From: Gammaproteobacteria bacterium
GTDB lineage: Bacteria > Pseudomonadota > Gammaproteobacteria > Thiohalorhabdales > Thiohalorhabdaceae
DNA: 56,810 nucleotides
Assembly (NCBI GenBank): GCA_035267605.1
Contig: DATFLO010000087.1
Location: 1-56,810 of the forward strand
Direction of reading: 5' to 3'
Under the pieces are notes generated by a model. The model worked only from the letters and a program-made list of their open reading frames with translations, searched no databases and was not told the DNA's origin. Shown here one piece after another: positions 1 to 8,820 of this stretch (position 1 is its first letter; every line of letters begins with the position of its first letter). The position numbers and the translations under genes are program-made.

Positions 1-528
1 GGGCTCAAGCACGGCATCCGGGCGGTGACCAGCAGCTACACCCGGCACCACCCGAACATCACCATGACCAAGGCGAAGCTGAACGGCGGCTACTTCAACT
101 CCATGCTCGCCCACCGCGAGGCCAAGGAGTCGGGCTTCGACGAAGCGGTCCTGCTGGATCCCTACGGGTTCGTCGCCGAGGGCCCCGGCGAGAACATCTT
201 CATGGTGCGCGACGGCGTCCTCTACACCCCGCCCCTGTCCACGGCCCTGGACGGCATCACCCGCCGGACGGTGCTGGAGCTGGCGCGGGAGGAGGGCGTC
301 GAGATCCACGAGAAGCCGCTCACCCGTGACACCTTCTACGTCGCCGATGAGGCCTTCTTCTGCGGTACCGCGGCCGAGGTGGTGCCCATCCGCGAGATGG
401 ACCACCGGCAGATCGGCTCCGGCAGCGCGGGCCCCGTGACCCAGCGCCTGCAGGCCCGCTACTTCGACGTGGTCGCCGGCCGCGACCAGGCCCATCTGGA
501 CTGGCTGGATTTCGTTTACCAGGACTGA
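1..528 (+). CDS. ilvE: Branched-chain amino acid aminotransferase, 5'-truncated by window
   Basis: Frame open from base 1; class IV PLP aminotransferase motifs KAKLNGGY, EGPGENIF, LDGITR, ADEAFFCGTAAEVVPI. Confidence 0.93.
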   Translation, partial: GLKHGIRAVTSSYTRHHPNITMTKAKLNGGYFNSMLAHREAKESGFDEAVLLDPYGFVAEGPGENIFMVRDGVLYTPPLSTALDGITRRTVLELAREEGVEIHEKPLTRDTFYVADEAFFCGTAAEVVPIREMDHRQIGSGSAGPVTQRLQARYFDVVAGRDQAHLDWLDFVYQD

Positions 529-548
529 AGAGGAAGAGGGAGCCCGCC

Positions 549-746
549 GTGACGGCCAACCAACAGCGCGCCATCGAGATCACCGAGGACGACCTGCCGC
601 TGCACTGTCCCACCCCGGACATGACCACCTGGGACTCCCATCCGCGGGTGTTCCTGCCCATCGAAGAGACCGACAACGGCGAGTACCAGTGCCCCTACTG
701 CGGCATCCTCTACCGCCTCAGGCGGGTGGCGGAGGAGGCCGGCTGA
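549..746 (+). CDS. Small zinc-finger (zf-CHCC-type) protein
   Basis: LPLHCP...WDSHPRVFLPI...CPYCG motif; GAGG-type RBS; usual neighbour of ilvE. Confidence 0.85.
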   Translation: MTANQQRAIEITEDDLPLHCPTPDMTTWDSHPRVFLPIEETDNGEYQCPYCGILYRLRRVAEEAG

Positions 747-781
747 CGCCGGGCCCGGGCCCGGCTTCCCGGCCCGCCGGC

Positions 782-1747
782 TCAGGGCAGGGTGCCGCCC
801 CGCCAGGGCGGAGGCGGCGGCGCCCCCGGCGCCAGCCGGCGCGGGGCGTGCTTGCTGCGCCAGCGCCGGTGGACCCAGAACCACTGGGCCGGGGCGCGGG
901 CGATGGCCGCCTCCGTGGCCGCCACCGTCTCCGCGGTGAGGTCACGCAGGCCCGCCTCGCTGTCGGGATAACGCCCCGGCTCGATGGGCTCGAGCGCCAC
1001 CAGCCGGAACCGCTCCGGCCCCTCGCGCAGCAGGAACACCGGCAGGATGGGGCTGTCCGTGCGCCGCGCGAAGCGCGCCAGGGCCGTGGGCACCCGCGCC
1101 TCCTCGCCCAGGAACGGCAGGCGCACGCGGCCGGTGCCCGGCGTGTTCTGGTCGTTGAGCATGGCCACCGTCTCGCCCCGGCGCAGGGCCTGCAGGATCG
1201 GCCGGCTGGCGTTGTTGCGGTCGATGGCGCGCGCGCCGTGGCGCTCGCGGTTGGCCCGCAGGTGGCGGTCGAGCAGGGGATTGTCCAGCGGCCGGTAGAC
1301 CACGTGGAAGGGCGACAGGCCGTAATGCGGCAGCAGGTGGCCGAGCAGCTCCCAGTTGCCCAGATGGGCACTCAGCACCACCACGCCACGCGCATCGGCG
1401 GCCATGGCGTCGATGTGGGCCCGGCCCTCCTCGGCCACCACCAGCTCGGTCAGCCCAGCCGGCTCCCGCCGCTCCAGCAGCGGCAGCTCCGCCCCCAGAT
1501 GCCCCAGCTCCCGGAACACCGTGCGCACCTTGTCCTCCACCCCGGCCGCGCCGTAGCGCAGGGCCAGGGAATCGCGCGCGTGGCGCCGGTGGCGGCGGTC
1601 CAGGTGGCGGCTCCAGGCACCCAGGCGACCGGCCAGGGCGTAGCGCCGGCGCGGCGGCAGCGCCCCCAGGAGGCGGATCACAGCGGCGGCCAGGGCCGCC
1701 TCGAGGCGGTGACGGAGGCGGACGGTGGCGGGCTCGGCGGCGCCCAT
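782..1747 (-). CDS. lpxL: Lipid A late (lauroyl-type) acyltransferase, LpxL/HtrB family
   Basis: HLGNWE, YRPLDNP, DQ and C-terminal PAQWFWVHRRW motifs. Start chosen at ATG 1747; ORF track starts at 1792. Confidence 0.85.
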   Translation of the reverse strand: MGAAEPATVRLRHRLEAALAAAVIRLLGALPPRRRYALAGRLGAWSRHLDRRHRRHARDSLALRYGAAGVEDKVRTVFRELGHLGAELPLLERREPAGLTELVVAEEGRAHIDAMAADARGVVVLSAHLGNWELLGHLLPHYGLSPFHVVYRPLDNPLLDRHLRANRERHGARAIDRNNASRPILQALRRGETVAMLNDQNTPGTGRVRLPFLGEEARVPTALARFARRTDSPILPVFLLREGPERFRLVALEPIEPGRYPDSEAGLRDLTAETVAATEAAIARAPAQWFWVHRRWRSKHAPRRLAPGAPPPPPWRGGTLP

Positions 1748-1824
1748 GGGGCTCCCTTCGGCGACGGTGGCGGGGTCGGCGGCGGCCGGCATTGTAACGC
1801 ACCGCGGCCCCGGCGGCGGGGACC

Positions 1825-3075
1825 GTGAGCGCCGCCGCCCTCTGCCGGGCCGGCTATCTCGGCCTGGGCGGGCTGCTGGGGTGGACCGGACGCTGGCACC
1901 CCGCCGGCGACCGCCGGGACCGGCGTGGGGCCCCGGCCGAGGTTCCCGGCGCGGGCCCGCGACTGTGGCTGCACGCCGGCACCCGCGCCGGCCTCGACAG
2001 CGCCTGGCCGCTGGCGCGCGGCTGGCGGTCCCGCCACCCCGGCGCCGGCGTTTTGATCACGGTGCGCACCGAGGCCGCCCTGGCCGAGGGCCGGGCAGCC
2101 GCCCCCGAGGGGGTGGCGGTGGCGCTGCTGCCCCAGGACACCCCGGCCGCCGCCCGCCGCTTCCTGGCCGGGCTCGATCCGGCGGCGGCGCTGAACCTGG
2201 GCCCGGCACCGTGGCCGGCCCTGGCACGGGCGCTGGCGCGCCGCGGCACCCCCTGGCTGTGGCTGGTCACCCAGTTCCTGCCCGCGCCCTGGCGCTGGAG
2301 CGACCGTCTGCCGTGCCTGTTCCGGCCCGTCCTGGAGGGGGTCGAGGTGCTGCTGGGCGACGCCGGCGACCGCGAGGCCCTGCTGGCGCGCGGCGCCGAT
2401 CCGCAGCGGCTGGCGGTCACCGGCAGCCCGCTGCTGGACCACGAGCCGGCGGCCGAGCGCAAGGCGGGGCGGCAGCTGCGCACCGCCCTGGGCGGGCGGC
2501 CCATCCTGCTGTTCGAGGGCACCGAGCCCGGCGAGGAGGAGCTGCTGGCCGGGATCTGCCGCCACCTGCCGGCGCCCTTCGAGCACTGGCTGATGGTGCT
2601 GTGTCCGGCCGACCCCGCCCGCATCCCGGACCTGGCGGAGCGCCTGGCCCGCTTCGAGCTGGGGGTGGCGGTGGCCTCCCGCGGCGAGGCCCTGACCCCG
2701 TCCACGCACATCTACCTGCTCGACGCCCCCGAGCAGCGCGACCCGCTGCTGGCCGCCGCCGACGCCGTGGTGCTCGGCGGCACCTGGGTGCAGGGCTTCG
2801 CCGGCGCCGATCCCCGCGCCGCGGCCGCCGCCGGCCGCGGCATCCTCTACGGGCCCTACCTGCAGCGCCACCGCGAGGCGGTGCGCGTGCTCGACGCCGC
2901 CGGCGCCGCCCGCCAGGCCCCCAACGTCAACAACCTGCTCGCCGCCCTGCGCCAGTGGCTGCAGCACCCCGGCGAGGCCGAGGCCGCCGGCCGCCGCGGG
3001 CGGGAAACCGTAGCCCCGCATCGCGGGGCCCGGGAACGGGTGCTGGAACGGCTGGACCGGCACCTGGGTGGCTGA
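1825..3075 (+). CDS. Kdo transferase (WaaA/KdtA)-like glycosyltransferase, strongly divergent
   Basis: LWLHA, LPQD, VTG, T-x-PGEEE, GILYGP and C-terminal HRGA match the WaaA layout; divergent from lpxL; several family motifs are degenerate. Confidence 0.7.
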   Translation: MSAAALCRAGYLGLGGLLGWTGRWHPAGDRRDRRGAPAEVPGAGPRLWLHAGTRAGLDSAWPLARGWRSRHPGAGVLITVRTEAALAEGRAAAPEGVAVALLPQDTPAAARRFLAGLDPAAALNLGPAPWPALARALARRGTPWLWLVTQFLPAPWRWSDRLPCLFRPVLEGVEVLLGDAGDREALLARGADPQRLAVTGSPLLDHEPAAERKAGRQLRTALGGRPILLFEGTEPGEEELLAGICRHLPAPFEHWLMVLCPADPARIPDLAERLARFELGVAVASRGEALTPSTHIYLLDAPEQRDPLLAAADAVVLGGTWVQGFAGADPRAAAAAGRGILYGPYLQRHREAVRVLDAAGAARQAPNVNNLLAALRQWLQHPGEAEAAGRRGRETVAPHRGARERVLERLDRHLGG

Positions 3076-3105
3076 CGCGGCGCCCTTTCCCGCCTTACAC
3101 GAGGA

Positions 3106-3130
3106 AAGGCCCCGGGGCTGCCGGGGCCTT
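3106..3130. terminator. Hairpin between convergent genes, probable terminator
   Basis: AAGGCCCCGG-ggctg-CCGGGGCCTT perfect 10-bp stem; short U-runs only. Confidence 0.55.
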
Positions 3131-3162
3131 CCACATGCCGAAGGAATGGCGGATCCGGGCGC

Positions 3163-4143
3163 CTACAGTCCCAACGCCTTGGTAATCACCTCCTTGGCGT
3201 TGCGCTTGCCGTCGGCCGCCTTCACCGGCCCGGTCTGGTAGGTCCCCCCCTGGCCGAACCACCGCTCCAGCAGCTCCGGGTTCTCCTTGATAAGCCGACG
3301 CCCGGCCTCCGGGTAGTCCATGTCCTCGTTGATGATGTACTGCCCCATCTGGCTCTGTTCGTCCACCGTGAACCGGTAGTTCTCCAGGAACTGGCCGATG
3401 TTGGGGCACTGCCAGGCATAGCCGGTACGGGTGAGGGTGTAGACGGTGGCTCCGCCCTTGTCGGGGCCCCAGTAATCCTCTGCTCCGGCCAGGTACTCCA
3501 TGGGGATGTTGAGGTTCATGGGATGCGGGGCCCAGCCCAGGAAGGCAATCCACTCTTTCTTGCGGACCCGCCGCTGGACCTCAGACAGCATGCCGGCCTC
3601 GCTGGAGGCCACCAGCTTCCAGTCGCCCAGCCCATAGGCATCGTCATCGATCATGCTTTGAATGATCTCGTTGCCGTCGTTGCCCGCCTCGATACCGTAG
3701 ATCTCACCGTCGAACCGTTTCTTGTAGTCATCCAGGTCCTTGAAGCTCTTGACGCCCGCCTCGTAGACATAGCGCGGCACCGCCACGGTGTACTTGGCGT
3801 TCTCCAGGTTCTTGGTCACGATGTCGATCTTGCCGTCCAGCATGTACTCCCGAACCATGCTGCGCTGGGTGGGCAGCCACAGGCCCAGGAAGGCGTCGCG
3901 CTGCTCGCTGGCCAGGGAGGAGAACATGATCGGTACCGAGGCCGTGATGACCTCCGTCTTGTAGCCGAGCTTCTTCAGCATCCACGCCGCGGTCTCGGTC
4001 TTGGCCGTGACCCCGGTCCAGTTCACCTGCCCGAACCGGATGCTGCCGCAGTCGTCCTGTGCCGCCAGGGCGGGACCGCCCGCCAGCGCGACCAGGCAAA
4101 GGGCCCCCAACGCCATCACCGCACTTCCAATTCGCTTGCTCAT
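3163..4143 (-). CDS. Choline/glycine-betaine ABC substrate-binding protein (ChoX/OpuAC family)
   Basis: Signal peptide; NWTG, FLGLWLP, IYGIEAGNDGN, SSEAGML, FLGWAPHPMN motifs; follows betA. Confidence 0.88.
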   Translation of the reverse strand: MSKRIGSAVMALGALCLVALAGGPALAAQDDCGSIRFGQVNWTGVTAKTETAAWMLKKLGYKTEVITASVPIMFSSLASEQRDAFLGLWLPTQRSMVREYMLDGKIDIVTKNLENAKYTVAVPRYVYEAGVKSFKDLDDYKKRFDGEIYGIEAGNDGNEIIQSMIDDDAYGLGDWKLVASSEAGMLSEVQRRVRKKEWIAFLGWAPHPMNLNIPMEYLAGAEDYWGPDKGGATVYTLTRTGYAWQCPNIGQFLENYRFTVDEQSQMGQYIINEDMDYPEAGRRLIKENPELLERWFGQGGTYQTGPVKAADGKRNAKEVITKALGL

Positions 4144-4263
4144 ACCACACCTCCCGGCTAATTAGCCGTAACCTTCCGTTTCTGTCTTGCGTACCCCGGT
4201 GGTCCCCTTCCGGGGCCCATCCTGGGCCGGGCGTTGGGGGCGAACCCTCCAGAGGCAAGGCCC

Positions 4264-5940
4264 TCAGCGCTGCTTGGACTCCCACTCGGGATGGATCCAC
4301 ACCGGTACGTCCGAGGGCGGCAGGGACTCGCGCCCGGCGATCAGGTCGGCCGCCTTCTCCGCCATCATGATGGTCGGGGCATTCAGGTTGCCGCTGACAA
4401 TGCTCGGCATGATCGAGGAATCCACCACGTTCAGCCCCGCCACCCCGTGGACGGCCGTGTCGCCGTCGACCACCGCCTCCTCCCCCGAGCCCATGGCGCA
4501 GGTGCAGGAGGGGTGGTAGGCGCTCTCGATCTGGCTGGCGATGAAGGCGTCCAGGTCCTTGTCCGAGGTGGCATCCGCTCCCGGCGCGATCTCGCCCGCC
4601 CGGTAGCGGTCGAAGGCGGCCTGCTCGAAAATCTCCCGGGTGAGCCGGATCCCGGCCCGGGTCTCGGCCCAGTCGTCGGCATGATCCATGTAGCGCGGGT
4701 CGATCTCGGGGTGGTCCGCCGGATCCGCTGAGCGCAGCCGCACCGTCCCCCGCGATTTGGGGCGCATGGGCCCCACGTGGGCCTGGAAGCCGTGGCCGCG
4801 GATGGGACTCTTGCCGTCGTAGCGGATGGCCATGGGCAGGAAGTGGTATTGCAGGTCCGGGTGGCGGACCCCCGCCGCGGAGCGGATGAACCCCCCGGCC
4901 TCGAAGTGGTTGGTGGCGCCGTGGCCGGTGTGGGTCAGGTACCAGCGCATCCCCACCAGGGCCTGGTTCCAGGGCTGCAGGGCCGGATACAGCGACACCG
5001 GCTCCTTGCAGCGCTGCTGCACATACAGCTCCAGGTGGTCCTGATAGTTGCTGCCCACCCCCGGCAGGTCCGCGCGCACGTCGATGCCGTGCTGGCGCAG
5101 GTGGTCGCCGGGGCCGATGCCCGACAGCATGAGCAGCTGCGGCGAGTTGATCGGCCCCCCGGCGAGGATGACCCGGCGCTCGGCGCGGGCAGCGTAGAGT
5201 CCGCCGCCCTGTCGGAATTCCAGGCCGCTGGCCCGGTCTCCCGAGAACAGCACCCGGGTGGCCAGGGCCCGGGTCCGGACCGCCAGATTGGGCCGATCCA
5301 TCACCGGCTCCAGATAGGCCCGGGCGGTGCTGCAGCGCACGCCGTCGCGCACCGTCATCTGCATGGGCCCGAAGCCTTCCTGGCGGTAGCCGTTCATGTC
5401 CTCGGTATGGGGATAGCCGGCCTGCTGACCGGCCTCGATGAAGGCCTGGTAGAGCGGCGACCAGCCGCGGCCGGTGGTCACGAACAGGGGGCCGTCGCCG
5501 CCGTGGTAGTCGTCGGCCCCCAAGTCGCGGGTCTCCGCCCGCCGGAAGTAGGGCAGGCAGTGCCGGTAGGCCCAGTGGGCGAGGGCCGGATCCTCGGCCC
5601 AGCGGTCGTAGTCCAGGGCGTGGCCGCGCACGTAGGCCAGCCCGTTGATGGCCGAGCTGCCACCCAGGACCCGCCCTCTCGGTGTGTGCATGCGCCGGTT
5701 GGCGAGATTCGATTGGGGGACGGTCTGGTAGTCCCAGTTATAGGTGGTGGAGCTCATGGGATAGGAAAAGGCCGCCGGCATGTGGATGCGCCAGTCCCAC
5801 CAGGGCGCCCGGCCCCCGGCCTCCAGCAGCAGCACATTGCAATCGGGATCCTCGGTCAGGCGCCGGGCCAGGACGCAGCCGGCGGAGCCGGCGCCGACGA
5901 CGATGTAGTCCCATTCGCCCTCGAGCGTCTCCGCGGTCAT
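4264..5940 (-). CDS. betA: Choline dehydrogenase
   Basis: GMC oxidoreductase: GAGSAG, IHMPAA, RGRVLGGSSAING, HGFQAHVGPMR, ESAYHPSCTC, GNLNAPTIMMAEK. Confidence 0.95.
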   Translation of the reverse strand: MTAETLEGEWDYIVVGAGSAGCVLARRLTEDPDCNVLLLEAGGRAPWWDWRIHMPAAFSYPMSSTTYNWDYQTVPQSNLANRRMHTPRGRVLGGSSAINGLAYVRGHALDYDRWAEDPALAHWAYRHCLPYFRRAETRDLGADDYHGGDGPLFVTTGRGWSPLYQAFIEAGQQAGYPHTEDMNGYRQEGFGPMQMTVRDGVRCSTARAYLEPVMDRPNLAVRTRALATRVLFSGDRASGLEFRQGGGLYAARAERRVILAGGPINSPQLLMLSGIGPGDHLRQHGIDVRADLPGVGSNYQDHLELYVQQRCKEPVSLYPALQPWNQALVGMRWYLTHTGHGATNHFEAGGFIRSAAGVRHPDLQYHFLPMAIRYDGKSPIRGHGFQAHVGPMRPKSRGTVRLRSADPADHPEIDPRYMDHADDWAETRAGIRLTREIFEQAAFDRYRAGEIAPGADATSDKDLDAFIASQIESAYHPSCTCAMGSGEEAVVDGDTAVHGVAGLNVVDSSIMPSIVSGNLNAPTIMMAEKAADLIAGRESLPPSDVPVWIHPEWESKQR

Positions 5941-5982
5941 GGCATCCCTTCCATTCGGTAGCTGCGCCTTTCCAAACGGCCC

Positions 5983-7446
5983 TCAGTCATAGGGGCAATC
6001 CACCCCCTGCAGCGCCACGTAGACGCTCTTGCCCTGGGTGTAGAAATCGAGGGCCGCCCAGCCGTTCTCCTTGCCCAGGCCGGAGCCCTTGATGCCGCCG
6101 AAGGGCATCTCGATGGGGGTCTCGTTGTAGCTGTTGATCCAGCAGATGCCCGCCTCCAGCGCCGCCGCCATACGGTGGCCGCGGCTCAGGTCGCGGGTGA
6201 ACACCCCGGCGGCCAGGCCGTACTCGGTGTCGTTGGCCCGGCACAGGACCTCGTCCTCGGTCTCGAAGGTCAGCACCGACATCACCGGCCCGAAGATCTC
6301 CTCGCGCACGATGGCCATGTCGTCGGTGCAGTCGGCGAACACCGTCGGCCGCACGTAATACCCGGCATCCAGGCCGTTGTCGGTGACCCGCTCGCCGCCG
6401 GTCACCAGCCGGGCCCCGGCGGCCTTGCCGGACTCGATGTAGCCCAGGACCTTCTCCATGTGCTCGGCGGAGATCAGCGGGCCCACCTGGGTGGCGGGAT
6501 CGAGCGGGTCGCCCAGGCGCAGCCGCTCGGTGCGGGCCTTCACTCGCTCCAGGAAGGCATCCTTGAGGCTGGTATGGACGAACACCCGCGTGCCGTTGGT
6601 GCACACCTCGCCCTGGCTGTAGAAGTTGCCCATCAGGGCGCCCGAGACCGCCTCGTCGAGGTCGGCGTCGTCGCAGATGATGAGCGGCGATTTGCCGCCC
6701 AGCTCCAGGGTCACGTGCTTGACGGTATCGGCGGCGTCACGCATGACGTGGGGACCGGTGGCGGCCCCGCCGGTCAGCGACACCTTGGCAATATTCGGAT
6801 GCCGGGAGAGGGCCTGGCCGGTATCGGTGGCCCCCGTCAGCACATTGAATATTCCCGGCGGCGCGCCGGCCTCGGTGAGCACCTCCGCCAGCACCAGGGC
6901 CGACAACGGGGTGAGCTCGGCGGGCTTGAAGATCATGGCGTTGCCGCCGGCCAGCGCCGGCGCCGCCTTCCAGCAGGCGATCTGCAGCGGGTAGTTCCAG
7001 GCACCGATACCGGCGCACACCCCGAGCGGCTCGCGCCGGGTGTAGACGAAGGCGTCCCCCAGGTCGGCGTACTCGCCGGTGATGCCCGCCGCGATGCCGC
7101 CGAAGAACTCCAGGCAGTCGGCGCCCGAGCCCACGTCCGCGGTGGGCGTCTCCTGGATGGGGCGGCCGGTATCGAGGCTCTCCAGCCGGGCGATGTCGTC
7201 GGTGCGCTCACGCAGCCGGTCGGCGGCCCGGCGCAGGACCCGCCCGCGCTCGGCACCGGTCAGCCGGCCCCATTCCGCCTGGGCCCGGCGCGCGGCCGCC
7301 ACCGCCCGGTCCACATCCGCCGGCCGGGCCAGGGCCACCTCGCATATGGCCGCGCCGCTGGCCGGGCTGTAGTCGGTGAAGGTCTCACCCGCCTGCGCCG
7401 CCACTCGAGCGCCGTCGATGAACAGCTGCTGGTTGTCGACGTGCAT
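5983..7446 (-). CDS. betB: Betaine aldehyde dehydrogenase
   Basis: ALDH motifs GIGAWNYPLQIACWK, LELGGKSP, QGEVCTNGTRV, EEIFGPV; directly upstream of betA. Confidence 0.95.
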   Translation of the reverse strand: MHVDNQQLFIDGARVAAQAGETFTDYSPASGAAICEVALARPADVDRAVAAARRAQAEWGRLTGAERGRVLRRAADRLRERTDDIARLESLDTGRPIQETPTADVGSGADCLEFFGGIAAGITGEYADLGDAFVYTRREPLGVCAGIGAWNYPLQIACWKAAPALAGGNAMIFKPAELTPLSALVLAEVLTEAGAPPGIFNVLTGATDTGQALSRHPNIAKVSLTGGAATGPHVMRDAADTVKHVTLELGGKSPLIICDDADLDEAVSGALMGNFYSQGEVCTNGTRVFVHTSLKDAFLERVKARTERLRLGDPLDPATQVGPLISAEHMEKVLGYIESGKAAGARLVTGGERVTDNGLDAGYYVRPTVFADCTDDMAIVREEIFGPVMSVLTFETEDEVLCRANDTEYGLAAGVFTRDLSRGHRMAAALEAGICWINSYNETPIEMPFGGIKGSGLGKENGWAALDFYTQGKSVYVALQGVDCPYD

Positions 7447-7535
7447 CGGTTCCCTCTACATGGGCTGGCCCCTTCCTTGCCGGCAAGGCCGGGATCAGGG
7501 CCATCGATTCCATTCTTGGCGGGTTTCCGTACCGC

Positions 7536-7550
7536 CCGTATTGATCCCGA
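7536..7550 (+). promoter_or_regulatory. Candidate operator copy 1 (CCGTATTGATCCCGA)
   Basis: One of four similar 15-mers in betaine-block intergenic DNA; overlaps the palindrome TTGATcccgATCAA (7541-7554). Confidence 0.45.
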
Positions 7551-7636
7551 TCAACTTCCGACACGGTGAGGGCCCGGATCCAACCGACGGGACGACACCT
7601 ACTTCTCAACATGGGGAACCACCCCCGATCCGGCAA

Positions 7637-7651
7637 TCCGGGTGAATACGG
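7637..7651 (-). promoter_or_regulatory. Candidate operator copy 2 (CCGTATTCACCCGGA)
   Basis: Reverse-strand copy of the same motif in the betB/SDR divergent region. Confidence 0.45.
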
Positions 7652-7661
7652 AAGGGCCTAG

Positions 7662-7856
7662 CAGGGCGTTGAAAAACGTCGCGAGGAGGCCATATGCAAG
7701 GCGCACACCGCGGCCCGGTCACGCCGATTTAAGAAATAACGCGGCGGCGCTTTAGCGGCGACCGCGCAGCGACTGAGGCATATCAAGTAGATAGGTGAAG
7801 GAGCGAGCAGTGCGCAACGCCGCAGATGGCCTCCGCAGCAGTTTTTCAACGCCCTG
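7662..7856. mobile_element. MITE-like non-autonomous element, 195 bp
   Basis: Perfect 16-bp terminal inverted repeats CAGGGCGTTGAAAAAC (7662-7677 / 7841-7856) flanked by CTAG on both sides; nested internal stems; no transposase. Confidence 0.8.
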
Positions 7857-7983
7857 CTAGAACACCCCCGTTAGGCACCGGGCCACGGCCGCGCTATGTT
7901 GGTCTCAAGGGGTTCGTAACCACCCCTGTGCATCAAATCCGGGCATGCCGGATCGGCCGGCAAGCCCATGCGCGAGGTGAGCT

Positions 7984-8820
7984 ATGAAGGAACGGAACCT
8001 GGAGGGACGAGCGGCCATGGTGACGGGGGGAGCCTCGGGGATGGGGCGGGCCATGGCCCTGGCCTTTGCCGAGGCGGGAGCCGACGTGGCCATCGGCTCC
8101 CTGCTGGCGCAAAGCCGGGCCGCCGCCGCCGATGGCGAGCTGGTCTACCGGCCGGACGAGCAGGCGCTGGAGCAGACGCGCGCCGAGATCGAGGCCCACG
8201 GGGTCCGGGCCGTGGCGGTGGATCTCGACGTCTGCGACGGGGGCTCGGTGGCGGCCTTCCACCGGGCGGCCACGGAGGCCTTCGGGCGCGTGGACATCCT
8301 GGCCAACGCCGCCGGCATCACCGCCGAGCACGGCGTCATCGACCACCCCGACGAGCTCTGGGGCAAGGTGTTCGACGTCAACAGCCACGGCACCTTCCGC
8401 ATGATCCGGGCGGTGCTGCCGGAGATGGTGGAGCGGCGCTGGGGCCGCATCGTCAACATCGCCTCCACCGCCGCCTCGGTGGGCGCCGCCACATCCGCCG
8501 CCTATTGCGCCTCCAAGGCGGCGGTAACCGGACTCACCCGGGCGGTGGCACAGGAAGGGGCGGCCGCCCATGTGACCTGCAACAGCATCAGCCCCGGCTG
8601 GGTGGAGACCGACTTCGGCCGGGGCTGGCTCGGCGACATCGCCGAGAAGCAGCTGCACAAGCGGGGCAGCGAGTACATCGAGGAGCAGAAGGCGGCCAAT
8701 CCCCAGAAGCGCCTGGTCCAGCCGGCGGAGATCGGCGCCCTGGCCGCCTACCTCTGCCGCGAGGAGGCGCTCGGCATCACCGGTCAGGACCTCACCGTCT
8801 CGGCCGGCGCCCTCTGGTGA
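7984..8820 (+). CDS. SDR family NAD(P)-dependent oxidoreductase
   Basis: TGGASGMG, NAAG, NIAS, YCASK, SPGWVET; GAGGTG RBS. Confidence 0.9.
   Translation: MKERNLEGRAAMVTGGASGMGRAMALAFAEAGADVAIGSLLAQSRAAAADGELVYRPDEQALEQTRAEIEAHGVRAVAVDLDVCDGGSVAAFHRAATEAFGRVDILANAAGITAEHGVIDHPDELWGKVFDVNSHGTFRMIRAVLPEMVERRWGRIVNIASTAASVGAATSAAYCASKAAVTGLTRAVAQEGAAAHVTCNSISPGWVETDFGRGWLGDIAEKQLHKRGSEYIEEQKAANPQKRLVQPAEIGALAAYLCREEALGITGQDLTVSAGALW

Noticed and set aside
7541-7554. TTGATCCCGATCAA as a canonical BetI box
   Set aside because: Spacing and core differ from the BetI sites I recall and betI is absent locally; better explained as part of the four-copy motif, though not excluded.
7658-7849. 63-aa ORF in the MITE
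   Set aside because: Lies within the inverted-repeat element; too short for a transposase and has no motif.
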